IMG/VR virus record: IMGVR_UViG_3300005253_000126
From: an uncultured virus (IMG/VR IMGVR_UViG_3300005253_000126)
Taxonomy: Duplodnaviria; Heunggongvirae; Uroviricota; Caudoviricetes
Strand: one strand, 5' to 3'
Length of the DNA stretch: 64,000 bases
The translations under genes were made by a program, and so were the position numbers. This document shows, piece by piece, positions 36,411 through 47,200 of this stretch. The notes beneath the pieces were generated by a model. That model searched no databases and was not told the origin of the DNA. It was given only the letters and a program-made list of their open reading frames with translations. Numbering within the stretch: the stretch's first letter is position 1; every line of letters begins with the position of its first letter.

Positions 36411-36947
36411 TTAAGCGAATATGAATTCCACATGAATACGAACGACACCTGGGGTGCCTGACACAGCATCAATATCAAGGTTAAGTACGGCGTTTGCTGC
36501 TATGCCCGCATTGGCAAAGGATGTAGTTACCTGGCTATCAGTGTCGGCAACTAAGGCAGAGGTCAGCACGTCAGTCCCCCCCGTATTAGGCGTGGACTCT
36601 ACCCGCTCATCAAACTGAAGCGTGGCCGTACCCTGATCGGTCGATGCACTGACCCGCAGAATAGTAACTGCCGCCGCAAATTTATGTTGCAGTAATCCAA
36701 GATCCGCAGCCGTAGGAGTCTCGATAACGAATGACACTAGCCTGGGAGAATCTATTTTCACCCAGTCAGTGTCCGCACCTCCTATCTTACGGTATGCCTG
36801 ACCGTCGGTGTTCCGCATATAAATCGACCCGATAGCTGCCCCTAAACCACTGGCAACAGTCGGGTCGAAGTTATCCTGAAACAGCCCAGCCCCATCGTCG
36901 AGGATAAGCCCCCCATCGACGCTATGGGAGCGGTCAATGTTAGCCAT
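36411..36947 (-). CDS. virion structural/fibre protein
   Basis: DPTV...GSIY.R...W module; C-terminal beta domain. Confidence 0.7.
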   Translation of the reverse strand: MANIDRSHSVDGGLILDDGAGLFQDNFDPTVASGLGAAIGSIYMRNTDGQAYRKIGGADTDWVKIDSPRLVSFVIETPTAADLGLLQHKFAAAVTILRVSASTDQGTATLQFDERVESTPNTGGTDVLTSALVADTDSQVTTSFANAGIAANAVLNLDIDAVSGTPGVVRIHVEFIFA

Positions 36948-36957
36948 TTAAGCCCTC

Positions 36958-38046
36958 TTAGACGAAGTTTATGACCTCACGAGTCGCTTTGAAGTCACTA
37001 GCTGTCGAGGCAGCCACACGTAGCTCCATTGCCTGAGAGCCACCAGCGCCGGTCAAAATTACGTCGTAGGTAGCGCCCAGGGGCGTCCCCAAGCTCAACT
37101 TACTGGTCACGTTGAAATCGGTATTGGCCGCGTCCGCGCCACCACCTACCAGGTGACCATCGTGAGTCGCATGGATCTCCACCACCCGTTTCTTGGGGGC
37201 ATCGCCGACCAGGTTGCCCTGGGCGTACACGAACCACTTGACTGAGGCCACCGTGTCCACGTTCACCGTGTCCAATGTTACGACACCCGTAACATTGTCA
37301 GACGTAGTTGTAGTTCTGGCATCCGCCAGCTTAGCCGTGTTGGCATCGGTATCAGTCCGGTTCAGCCCAGCCTCAGCATCCAGATCTCCAATAGCCGTCT
37401 CTAGGCTGTCAGTGTCCGTGACGAAGTTATTGCTGGAATAGACCGGCGTCTCCGACCCAGCCGCACCCTTACCAATGAAGGTCCGAATGAAACCAAGCTC
37501 AGTAGCATCACCAGCCCCGATCTGAATCCAGTTTGTACCGTCAAAGGCCCAAGTGGTATCGGCGTGCGTTGTACCCTGTTGGACCCAAAGCGTATCACCA
37601 TCACTGGCCAGATTCGTGTCCTCGACCAGCGTTGCAGCGGACCCCGGCGTACCATTGACGATGAAGACGTTCGCGTTCTCACCAACTATATCCGTGAACA
37701 GGATGCGATCCCCATCCGATATAGCCACGCCCTCGAATTCAGGCGCACCAGCGTTAAGCTGAACTTCGGCAGCCGCCAGGTTGGCGAAGTTGGCATCTTC
37801 CTTTACGATTACTGGATCACGCCAAGTTCGGCCAGCAATGGTGTCGTTGACGAACTCCTCGGTAGCCTGCCTGCGCCAGTTGGTAACACCCGCACCTGCC
37901 GAGCGCTTCTGCCACAACGTACCGTCGTCTTCGAGATAGATTGACCCTACCGGCTCATCGACCGTCGGGTCTCCTGTACCGGACGTGAAGGTCCGCAGAG
38001 TGTCAATCTGAAACCCTTTTTCAACATCAAAAAAGTTCTGAGCCAT
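36958..38046 (-). CDS. tail/head fibre protein
   Basis: WRDPV...GV...GDRILF...GDTLWVQQGT fibre domain, short coiled coil, C-terminal KW...HDG domain. Confidence 0.75.
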   Translation of the reverse strand: MAQNFFDVEKGFQIDTLRTFTSGTGDPTVDEPVGSIYLEDDGTLWQKRSAGAGVTNWRRQATEEFVNDTIAGRTWRDPVIVKEDANFANLAAAEVQLNAGAPEFEGVAISDGDRILFTDIVGENANVFIVNGTPGSAATLVEDTNLASDGDTLWVQQGTTHADTTWAFDGTNWIQIGAGDATELGFIRTFIGKGAAGSETPVYSSNNFVTDTDSLETAIGDLDAEAGLNRTDTDANTAKLADARTTTTSDNVTGVVTLDTVNVDTVASVKWFVYAQGNLVGDAPKKRVVEIHATHDGHLVGGGADAANTDFNVTSKLSLGTPLGATYDVILTGAGGSQAMELRVAASTASDFKATREVINFV

Positions 38047-38059
38047 TGTCCTAATCCCC

Positions 38060-38266
38060 CTAGGTTTTCTTCTTCATAAATTTACGCAGGGTCATAACCC
38101 TCGCGTCGTGACTACTGCAACAGGAGTTCTCATATTCGAGCGACAACTCCCGCTCACTGCGATCAGACTCTAGCGTAAATACGTTATTGTCATCGCAGTC
38201 TATCACCCTACCTCCTCCCTCCACTATGTAAGCCGCCAGCCCCAGGCCTTTCACCTTTATCATCAT
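38060..38266 (-). CDS. small hypothetical protein (DUF5659-like)
   Basis: LGLAAYI...G pattern. Confidence 0.55.
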   Translation of the reverse strand: MMIKVKGLGLAAYIVEGGGRVIDCDDNNVFTLESDRSERELSLEYENSCCSSHDARVMTLRKFMKKKT

Positions 38267-38700
38267 GGCGACACACTTATCCTTAGCACCGAGATGGAGA
38301 TGCCGAACGATTCGTTATTCGTCAGCCTCAGTCTCATAGCCCCACCAGATACGTCAACGACAGTATCAATCTTCAGCGGACCTCCGGCCAGTGGCACTCG
38401 CGTCTTCGCGAACACCGTGAAATCTGCACTCGTCCCATCATTACACGCCTCTACGGTCCAGGTCTGTGTTTTCGGAGTGGCCGTGTCAAAGGCGCACACC
38501 AGCCACTTCGCGCACCTCTCCGAGACAGCTACCGAATCCACTGTGGCCGTAGTCGATGCCGTCAACGTGCCAAAGTCGATCTCAGTCAGACCGGTTCCCG
38601 GGGGTCCCGCAGGTCCCTGTGTCCCTACCTCGATGATCGTGACGGTGTTGTCTTCTACAACAATCGTCGAGCCCCCGGCGATCTCCACTATCTCGGTCAC
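38263..38700 (-). CDS. fibre-associated structural protein
   Basis: GTQGPAGPPG collagen-like triplets; C-terminal domain similar to that of 36958-38046. Confidence 0.65.
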   Translation of the reverse strand: MTEIVEIAGGSTIVVEDNTVTIIEVGTQGPAGPPGTGLTEIDFGTLTASTTATVDSVAVSERCAKWLVCAFDTATPKTQTWTVEACNDGTSADFTVFAKTRVPLAGGPLKIDTVVDVSGGAMRLRLTNNESFGISISVLRISVSP

Positions 38701-39092
38701 TTAGTTTTCTCCGTTATCAGCCTCGCCAGCCCCTTCGTCAGCTTCCGCACCTTCTCTGAATTTGGGGACGGCGGAATCAGTTCCAGGTCATAACAAGCAT
38801 TCTCAAAATCATCAGGGTCCAGGACCGCCGTGTCCGTGGCCGTCACGCAGAATGTGATGGTTCCTGCCGCATCCCCCAGGATAATGCGCCCGTTACCGGT
38901 ATTCATGTCGAGCACTATCGCCTCAGTGGGCTCCCCCAAGTCCTTCCTCACTTGGGCCTGGGCCGTATAGCCTGTGATGTCCACCGGGCTGCCGTTCTGT
39001 TTCCAGGTCAGCACCGGATCAAACCCCGATCCCTGCTCGAAGCAAATGTTCAGCTCTACCGCTCGGCAGCCTACTTCTGGAGTCTTTGCCAT
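38697..39092 (-). CDS. structural adaptor protein (BppU/LtfC-like)
   Basis: QGSGF...PVDITGYTA.AQVR...GTI...T..L...YDLEL. Confidence 0.75.
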   Translation of the reverse strand: MAKTPEVGCRAVELNICFEQGSGFDPVLTWKQNGSPVDITGYTAQAQVRKDLGEPTEAIVLDMNTGNGRIILGDAAGTITFCVTATDTAVLDPDDFENACYDLELIPPSPNSEKVRKLTKGLARLITEKTK

Positions 39093-39103
39093 CTTCGTCC
39101 CCT

Positions 39104-39310
39104 CTAGGGAATTTTCTTGCCGGTCTTACCCTTCTGCCTGGCAAGCTCATACAGATGCGGATCGCATTCGTCGAGCAACTCCCCGTCGACGGTCCAATAC
39201 TGAACGATGGCCCTCACAGGGTCCTTATCCGTCCCCGCACCGCGGGTCATATTGGTAGTGCGAATCACCGACATCCCCTGCACGTCCTTCAGAGTCTCTC
39301 GTACACTCAT
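39104..39310 (-). CDS. small hypothetical protein
   Basis: RGAGT..DPVR.IVQYW..DGELL.E.D, a common phage protein pattern. Confidence 0.65.
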   Translation of the reverse strand: MSVRETLKDVQGMSVIRTTNMTRGAGTDKDPVRAIVQYWTVDGELLDECDPHLYELARQKGKTGKKIP

Positions 39311-39335
39311 CGCTATCTCCTCTCTCGTTGAAAAA

Positions 39336-39800
39336 TTACGCTGTGATTAAACCTAATGTCACCAGGGCCGCATGAATGGCAACGTCTGTGACTGCTACCC
39401 CTATTGGTCGGGCGACGGGGGTTATACCAAAGAAACCGATTCCTGGAGTGTTAGATAGCCTGATAGCATCGACGTTACCGGGCTGTAACCTTAGTTCCCC
39501 GGTCCCCTTGGTTTCAATATCCATGCCGATAGCAACAGGGCCACCGCCTGTGATAAGTCTCGGATTGATACCCGCCGCCGCATTTTGCATAACAAACTGA
39601 CCTACCGCGTCTACGGACTGGGTGAAGGTCAACTGTTCGTTGTTGTTTTGGTCGTAGATGCCGCGGCCAGTATTGACCAGGATTCTAAAATTGTTGGTAT
39701 CGAGATTGCCGCCTAACTGTGGAGTCAGGTCCTCGATCACGTTATCGAGACCACCGCCGCCACCGCCGCCAAAAGGGAATTGCTGAATTCTGGTAGCCAT
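39336..39800 (-). CDS. fibre-like structural protein
   Basis: DLTPQLGGNLDTN motif; IGFFGITP...ALVTLGLI end. Confidence 0.7.
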   Translation of the reverse strand: MATRIQQFPFGGGGGGGLDNVIEDLTPQLGGNLDTNNFRILVNTGRGIYDQNNNEQLTFTQSVDAVGQFVMQNAAAGINPRLITGGGPVAIGMDIETKGTGELRLQPGNVDAIRLSNTPGIGFFGITPVARPIGVAVTDVAIHAALVTLGLITA

Positions 39801-39809
39801 GCCAGCCCC

Positions 39810-40169
39810 CTACAGCGCGCCGTGACCGACGTTGCCGAACTGGGCGGAGGCCACTGCGTTCTGGGCTCCTGTCCTGACCAGCTTCACGAAGTTGTAAGGC
39901 TGCAAGAACTCCACCAGGAACTCAGTGTCCACAGCGCCGTCCAGGACGGCGAATGACTTGAAGGCGAGACCGTTCAGGGTCTTGACCTGCACGTCAATCG
40001 TAGTGCCTGTCAACAGGTTCTCAACCTCGATCAGGGTTGGTCGCCGCATGACGCGCGACTCGTTTGCGCCCCCTGCCCCCTGGACCACACCATTCCCCAG
40101 GTTATCGCCCGGGTCATATACGACGACAGCCGGGCTCGACGGCTGAGTATCCAGTTGTACTGTGACCAT
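39810..40169 (-). CDS. structural protein (putative)
   Basis: GGAGG RBS, beta-rich sequence. Confidence 0.6.
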   Translation of the reverse strand: MVTVQLDTQPSSPAVVVYDPGDNLGNGVVQGAGGANESRVMRRPTLIEVENLLTGTTIDVQVKTLNGLAFKSFAVLDGAVDTEFLVEFLQPYNFVKLVRTGAQNAVASAQFGNVGHGAL

Positions 40170-40211
40170 GGTGGCTCCTCCAGCTCAAATTATTATTAGC
40201 TTAACCCTTGC

Positions 40212-40251
40212 AGACTACAACGTACTAGCCTGTGCATCCACACGTGTGGAC
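40212..40251 (-). promoter_or_regulatory. palindromic box (copy 3, 15/16) overlapping a putative promoter
   Basis: ATCCACACGTGTGGAC at 40236-40251; TGGATG-17 bp-TAGTCT. Confidence 0.7.
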
Positions 40252-40258
40252 CTATTGG

Positions 40259-43120
40259 CTACCTCCCCACTCGAAAATGGGCCTCAATATGGCCCCGGCT
40301 CGGGCTGTGGGCGTATATCGCCAGCTCGTCAATCAGCCCCGAGTAGGGTGACCCTGCACTCTGAGCGTTCCGTGCGATAGCCGCGGCCGTCATTGCGCCC
40401 CCGCTGAAAGTCTCCGCACTCGCCGCCGAGGCATCCAGAGCCCCATCCAGATACCAAGTCTGGTCTGCGCCCTCCTCTACATAGGCCAAATGAGCGACCT
40501 CCCCCACCGCCAAAGCGGTCACGGTACTGAGTAGAGATCCACCTGAAACCGGATTTTTATCAAACTCGACTAGCCCCCCGACCTGCAAAACCAAGGCCAA
40601 ATTCGTGTCATTCCCGCCGCTTCGATGATTGTAAATATTCGCCAGCGTGAGGGCGTTCGGTTTAAGCCAGGCTTCGACGCCAAAGTTACTGAAGTCTCCT
40701 GTCCCGATAGGCACACTGGGTAGGACCACTCCATCATTGACCCCATCAAAGCTGACAGACTTACCAGTAGCGTCCACAAGCGCCTGTATGAGCGACGGCT
40801 GACCCAGGGTCGGCCCGCTTGTATAGATAGCGTCGAAGACCCCCGCCTCATCAAAAGCGTCAGCCCCGGTACTCTCATCCAGCTTGAAGTAGGCGACCGG
40901 TCCAGTGGCCCCCACAGTCGCCCCGTACAGAGTCGTGGCCACCCCGGCCAAGAACTGAGCGCGCACCCTGTCCGCCGACAACGCAAAGGGGTACACCGCC
41001 ACCTCATCGAACGTACCGGGGACCCCCAAAATAAAGGACGCCCTCAATAGCCCGGCGATTGCAAACCTATCCATGGGCCCGATGTTCAGGGTAGTCGCGA
41101 AGCTGGCTACCTCTAGCCCATCAAAATAAAGACGCATGTCAGAGCCGTCGTAGGTCACTGCGTAGTGGTGGGGGTTCCCATCTCGATGGGCTCCTCCCGT
41201 ATTGAAGTTGGCGTCTTCCAAGGTTCCCCCTGTGCTTCGGCGCGTGATCTCTATGGCATTCGTATCCAATACCGGGGATGGGGTGTGCCGTTGATTCAGT
41301 TGGACTGTAAACAATCCATTCCCACCGCCCGAATCTCCTGGCGCGACAGGAACTATCCCCTGAACACTGCTGGTCGTTGAAAGCCAGAATGAAATCGACA
41401 CCGAGCTAACTCCATCGAATACAGAGGCCACACCATTAGCCGTGACATGCTCGACCGAGCCATCAAAAGTGACAGCCTTCCCCAGCTCACGCTCATCGCC
41501 GAAACCCCCGCCGCCAGGGATCAGAGAGGCCGCTCCCAGTATGGGAGCACTAACATAGGTGCCTGCATTGGCCCCCTGCTGATCCTTCGCCACGGTGCCT
41601 GACGTTTCATCAAGCCTCCAGTAAGAAGTCGGGACATCATCGAGCACCACATCCTTGAACCGGCCTGCACTGCCTACCAAGAAGACCATCTCTGCCTGGT
41701 CCGCGGTCAACTCTACCCCTCGGAATACAGAGACATCCATGATATTCCCTTTCATGAACTGGTCGTTCAACGTCCCCGGCCGCCTGCCAATAGAGAACAT
41801 TCCATTCGCGCCACCGGTATAGTTCCGGGCCCCAGAGTCAGACCCATCTAGTACGCCATTGACGTACAGTCTCCTACGCTGACTCGGGGCATCATGCGTG
41901 TAAATTGCGCAGTAGATCCTTTCCTCCTCAAGCACTGTGCCCGCCGACAAGCCATTCGGCACATCACTACCAGTCACTATCTGAAGCTGCCCACTAGAGT
42001 CCAGGCCCGCTGATGCGTTTGTATTCGTACCAGCCGACTCCCGCTGATCAAAGAATTTCATTCCCGTGCCTATGGCGGTCGCTGACATTCTAAACCACAC
42101 CGCGACCGACCACGTCGCGTTCGTCGTGGTGCCCAAGGGGGTCAACCCCACTCCATTCACAATCTGATTGCCCGAGTCCCTATCGAATAAGGCTCCCTTG
42201 AACCCTCTAAGCCCCAGCAGGGCGAGATCAGCGAGCGTCGGGCCATTGGTATAGACCCCAGGGAACTCGTCTCCTGAGCCCAGCCCTTCGCTAAAAGCCG
42301 CCACCCCGGTCTCCTCGTCGAGAACCCAGTGCGTCATCTTGTCTGGGCTCGCGTCCTCGCGGGCTAGTTCCTGGAGCATCACAGAGTAGGCATCATTGTG
42401 CCGGAACGGGGGATTGACGGCAGTCGCCGCGGCATCCCCGATCAATGTACCATCAGCACCGGTCGAAGTCAGATCAACGACATTGCCCTCAAATCGGTAA
42501 TACCCGACCAGGTTAGTCGTCGCCGGGGCGATTTGCCGGAACCTGTTATCCCGGATTTCCTGCAAGGTACGAAGGCGACTCCAGATCCTGACCTCATCAA
42601 TCTCTCCATTGAAAAAGTTCGCAGGGACAGGATCAGACCCGACCCGGAATAGAGTGCCATTGTTGAAGTTCGCCCCGATCATGGCAGCATTGACACTGGT
42701 CCCCAGGAGCGCGCCGTCAGCATAACTGCGCAAGGTGCCAGTGCTTGAGTCCCAGGTAAAGGCGTGGTGATGCCAGAGTCCATCGTTAAACCCTGACCCA
42801 GCCGTAACCCGAACAAAGTTGCCACCCCCATCATCAAGAAACGGATCAGACCCCCCGGCCCCCAGGATCACCCATGTCACACCGTTGTTAGCCCCAGCAC
42901 CCCCCGAGGGCCGCTTATTCGCCAGAACCTTGTTGACAGCCGCTGTAGACCGTGCCCAACCCTCCCAGGTAAAGTCCGACGTGCCGGGATCATGGTTATC
43001 CCCAAAGGACACCGCATCCCCAGTCCCGTCCAGGGTCAGGCACTGTGCATTGAGCACTTCGGCGGCCCCCAGGCCAGCCGCCTTACTCGTGACAACAGCC
43101 TTGAAAGCCCCCAAAGGCAT
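40259..43120 (-). CDS. tail fibre/receptor-binding protein with four LamG (ConA-like) domains
   Basis: Repeated YW.LDE..G..A, FDG, WHH...T.D...Y.DG and G.IDE motifs. Confidence 0.88.
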   Translation of the reverse strand: MPLGAFKAVVTSKAAGLGAAEVLNAQCLTLDGTGDAVSFGDNHDPGTSDFTWEGWARSTAAVNKVLANKRPSGGAGANNGVTWVILGAGGSDPFLDDGGGNFVRVTAGSGFNDGLWHHHAFTWDSSTGTLRSYADGALLGTSVNAAMIGANFNNGTLFRVGSDPVPANFFNGEIDEVRIWSRLRTLQEIRDNRFRQIAPATTNLVGYYRFEGNVVDLTSTGADGTLIGDAAATAVNPPFRHNDAYSVMLQELAREDASPDKMTHWVLDEETGVAAFSEGLGSGDEFPGVYTNGPTLADLALLGLRGFKGALFDRDSGNQIVNGVGLTPLGTTTNATWSVAVWFRMSATAIGTGMKFFDQRESAGTNTNASAGLDSSGQLQIVTGSDVPNGLSAGTVLEEERIYCAIYTHDAPSQRRRLYVNGVLDGSDSGARNYTGGANGMFSIGRRPGTLNDQFMKGNIMDVSVFRGVELTADQAEMVFLVGSAGRFKDVVLDDVPTSYWRLDETSGTVAKDQQGANAGTYVSAPILGAASLIPGGGGFGDERELGKAVTFDGSVEHVTANGVASVFDGVSSVSISFWLSTTSSVQGIVPVAPGDSGGGNGLFTVQLNQRHTPSPVLDTNAIEITRRSTGGTLEDANFNTGGAHRDGNPHHYAVTYDGSDMRLYFDGLEVASFATTLNIGPMDRFAIAGLLRASFILGVPGTFDEVAVYPFALSADRVRAQFLAGVATTLYGATVGATGPVAYFKLDESTGADAFDEAGVFDAIYTSGPTLGQPSLIQALVDATGKSVSFDGVNDGVVLPSVPIGTGDFSNFGVEAWLKPNALTLANIYNHRSGGNDTNLALVLQVGGLVEFDKNPVSGGSLLSTVTALAVGEVAHLAYVEEGADQTWYLDGALDASAASAETFSGGAMTAAAIARNAQSAGSPYSGLIDELAIYAHSPSRGHIEAHFRVGR

Positions 43121-44076
43121 TAGACACTGGCCCCCGCGAAGTAGCCGAGATAACTGGTGCCGCCATCTACAGTCTGGAGCGAGAATACCGCCACCTCACC
43201 TATGCCCACAGGGAAGGTCGGGGCCACCCCGCCTGTGCCTATCCAGGTGATAGCGTCGGCGAAGGCCGTAGTCCTGCCTCCTACGCCGTTCTGTCGCAGG
43301 ATGACCTGCATGACTCCCGAGAAGGGAGATGCTGGCGGGTTGATCATGGTCAGCGTCGTGTTCTGAGTCAGGGTGATGTCTGCGATGTTGCCTAGCTCGA
43401 AGTCCACATCCTGAGCCGCGCCCACCGGGTTGATCGTGTTGACGGTCTCCGAATAGTCCTCAAGCTGAGCCCGGCGCAAGATATTGTCCACGGCATCCAT
43501 GATGTCTGACCCATCCAGGAACCATCCAGAGTCGGCGGCCAGGCCGCCCGTGGCATCTGCCCACCGCACCAGGGCGTTGATCGTGGACGTGGCAGGGCCC
43601 AGGATGTCCCCGGCACCCGCAGGCGTGGCGAATTCCAGGGCCGTCTGCCCGGCGTTGACCCGAACGAACTGCAGGGCCGCCCCCCCAAAGGACCCAGGCG
43701 TATCGGTCAGACCCAGGAACGTGTCTATCACAGAACTAAAAATCACCCACACGCCGCCCACAAATTCGTATAGTTGAGTTTCGTCCTGGACGTGCGCAAT
43801 CCACCCGGTGCTCGGGGTAAAGAACTCCCAGGCTCCAGACCGGAACCGGGCGATGTCGCCAATAGTGCCCGGGGACCACAGACCGCCAACCCCAGCGATG
43901 ATGTACCGCTCGCCCTCGACACCTGCCGGGGCCGTCACCAGGTCTTTGTCGATCACACTAAGCTGTGCGACCGCATCCAATAGGATCATGGTCGCGTCGA
44001 TGTCGCCCTTCCAGGCTCCCTCGCCTTGGTTGAACCCGAAGGCTAAGCCCAGATTCGGGCCAAATTGTGCAGGCAT
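43120..44076 (-). CDS. DUF2793 domain tail fibre protein
   Basis: LDAVAQLSV...P...EGERYI..G.W...IA....W.F.TP..GW. Confidence 0.85.
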   Translation of the reverse strand: MPAQFGPNLGLAFGFNQGEGAWKGDIDATMILLDAVAQLSVIDKDLVTAPAGVEGERYIIAGVGGLWSPGTIGDIARFRSGAWEFFTPSTGWIAHVQDETQLYEFVGGVWVIFSSVIDTFLGLTDTPGSFGGAALQFVRVNAGQTALEFATPAGAGDILGPATSTINALVRWADATGGLAADSGWFLDGSDIMDAVDNILRRAQLEDYSETVNTINPVGAAQDVDFELGNIADITLTQNTTLTMINPPASPFSGVMQVILRQNGVGGRTTAFADAITWIGTGGVAPTFPVGIGEVAVFSLQTVDGGTSYLGYFAGASV

Positions 44077-44200
44077 CTCCTAATCCTCACTGTCAAAGTG
44101 ATACTTTTTCTCGATTTTCGGATATGGTTCCGGCACCTGTGGATGACAGCGACAGGCGTATCAGTAGGATCATACCAGGTGTGAGACGTTAAGCCTTCCA

Positions 44201-47200
44201 TTATGGTGACCCTCCCCAGAAATCCCCCCAAGCGTATCCCCAGCCGGATCTTGTAACTAGGCGATCCTGGAACTGGTGACTTATCAGACCTCCACCCGTG
44301 AACCGCGAGTCTAGCTCCAGGCCCAGAGTCTCGTTCAGCACCACGTCAGGGCACACCCAGATCGGAGTGGTCATAGCCCCGTCGACATTGTTGGCCGTCT
44401 CATCTGTCAGCACTCCCCCGGTCCCATCCGAGAACTCATAGAGCACCGCCAGCCCGGCCTCGTTGCCTACCAGGTTGACGTTCTGATTCGCGAGGATCTC
44501 AGCCGTGGTCCTGGCCGCATTCCATTGTCGGGCTTCAAACACCAGGACCTCCGTCTGTAGAACAAGCCCAGAGCTGGTGTTGTTTCCATCGTGGAATCGA
44601 GTGCGGTTGAAGCTCCCAATCCGGAGGCTGGTCGTGGTCCCAGACCCTCCACTGTGCGCGGGCAGCGTGTCCATGAACAAGCCCGTCCTCTCGTCAACCA
44701 GGATGCCATTGATATACAGCCTGATCCTGTTGTTGAGCTTATCGAAGACGAACGCAAAATTGTACTTGGTGTCTGGCAGGATGGCTACTGGATTCGTGAA
44801 CTCTGAGAACGGCGTGATGGCCCCATCAGACCACACCCCAGCCCGCAGACTCCCAGCATCTATGTACATGATGAGGCCGTTCACCTCGTTGCCTTGCTCC
44901 CAGATAGTCTGCCTCGTCGTGACATTCGAGGCCGTGCGCATCTTGACCTCAGTGGTCTTCACGTCATAGCCAGCTCCATCGCTGTTCACCACCGTGGCGT
45001 CAGAAAAATTCACCACGACCGTGCCACTCCACGCCAGGGCGATGTTGTTTATCACATCCACCCCGATCCCACTGTCCGCGGCCTCCACCAGGCATTCGTA
45101 GTCAAACGCCGTGGTGGCCGAGCCCGGGCTGAAGTCCTCGGTCCTGATCAGGAAGTCTCCCTCATCGCGGATGCGAAGCTGGTAGTCCACCAGGGCCTCG
45201 GGCCCTATCTGGGTAGGATCTCCCTGGTCCACATTGAAGAGGGAAAAAATACGATCTCTATGTGCCCACGTCAGATTCAGCTCGGCATTCACCGCCTCGG
45301 TGAGCCCATCAGTGGCCACCGGGAATACCTCCCCCTCGATCAGGAAGTTGCCAGGCGGGTACGGTCTCTGAGTCCTAGACGTGAACGTGTGAAGATTGAC
45401 CGAGGCCGCCCCTTCATCCAGAGTCCCGGCCAATGTCTTAATCAGATACTTAGCCTCGATGGACTCGGTGTCCCCGTACTCAGTTGTCTCAGACGTGCCC
45501 ATGCCAAAGAACACGAACCAGATCCGGGTCCCTATCGGGTGAGTCTTGGGCGTAGTATCCATCAGCCCTCGATGGACCCTATTGAAAAGGATCGTCGTGC
45601 CGCCCGGCGCGACCTCTAGCTCCTCAAACGCGAGTATCTCCCCAGACTGCGCGTCGATGTCTCCCATAAATGCCAGGTTGAAATTGTTTTGCAGCACCTC
45701 CGTGATGTTGGCGGCGGTCAATAACGCCATACGCGAGTCTGGGGTGACCTCCAGCGTGTTACTGAGATCAAGGTGTCCAGTGGCCGGGGTGGCCGCGTAC
45801 TCGACTGTGAGCGTGCCTGTGGGCGTCAGGGCGTCTGTTTCGCCCGTAGTAATGAACTCATCAGGCGGGCTCCTGGTCAGGACCGCATAGCCGAACGCGT
45901 CAGGGGTAGGCTCCCCGGCCACTGTCGCCAGCATATTGGACTCCTCACTGAGGAACCCGAAGTCTGCAAACTCCTGACGGACCAGATGAAACGGGGCAGA
46001 GAACGCATCTTGAAAGGGGGCATCTACCGGGGGATTGACGGGCTCCTCCCAGTCAGTCGACTGGGGCTTCCCCCATATCGTATTGCTCAGCTTGAATATG
46101 TCCTCGACAGCGTCGATCTCGATGAACCCCTGGTCCAGGGTCCCGTACTTCACCCCGTTGACCCGCATCACCAGGTCGAGGATGCCCAGCGGGGCCCACG
46201 TGAACTTGAAAGCGTCTCCGGGGCGGAGATCGAATGATTCTCGGTTAGTCTTTAGCGTAGCCCTGGCCAGGGGGAAGGATGTCGTGCGTAGCTCACGGAA
46301 CGCCACCTGAGCCGCGATGTTCGTATCGTTGATACCCGGGTATTGGAACGTGGCACTGACAAAGTTCTCGCCCTGCACGTTGAAATTAGCCAACTCATGT
46401 GCCTGCGCGTCCTGTGGCTTAAAATTCTCACCGGTAAAGACGACCTTGATCTCGTTCGTCGTCTCGTCCAGCGACGGTCGTGAATACTGCCGCATCTCGC
46501 TTACATTGGTCTGGTCCAGCGTCGGGATCAGGTTAGGATCGAAGTCATCACGGATGAGCTTTAGCGTGAACAGTCCGGTCACCAGGTCATTGAACAGCGT
46601 GGCATCAATCTGCCTGACGATCTCCAGGAGCATGTCCTCCACGGTCTTTTTCTGGTCCCACTGTAGGCTGACGCCAAAGCCCTCGGTAGCCAGCGTATCT
46701 GCCACCGCCAGGAAGCTGGGCTTGTCTATCAGGGCCTCTGCTATGCCAGCGCCCCATGTATGCTCAGTCAACAGCTCGAAGACGACCTCGGCGGGGTTGG
46801 CGTCCTCCCTGCCGAAGTCATTGACGATGATCGGGGTAGCCGAGCCCAGACCAGTCGGGATACGTGTCACCTCGAAGAACCACGGCTCCACAAACTCGTC
46901 ATTCCCTATCTCGAATCCCGCGGCTGTGCCGTTATCGAAAAAAGCGAAAATACCCTCACCACCACTATCAAAGTCGAAGGTAGGGCCAGTCGCGAACGCG
47001 GTACACACACGCCGGAAACCAGGCACCGGGGGCTTGGCGATCTTGGCTGCAAGCTCCGCATCCACGGGATCTGTATCGTTCCCCGCACGCACGTTGATCG
47101 TGCCTCCTATACCGCCGCCTCTATCCTCCCCGCCAAAAAATCCAGTGTCAGATACCACTAACGTGGTCCCACCAGCGAATATAGCTGTCTTCGATTTTAT

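Noticed and set aside
40203..40209. Isolated AACCCTT matching the heptamer array
   Set aside because: A 7-mer is expected several times by chance in 64 kb
44077..44200. Structured RNA in the gap after the tail tip gene (CACCTG/CAGGTG pairing)
   Set aside because: Only short stems; not distinguishable from chance by eye
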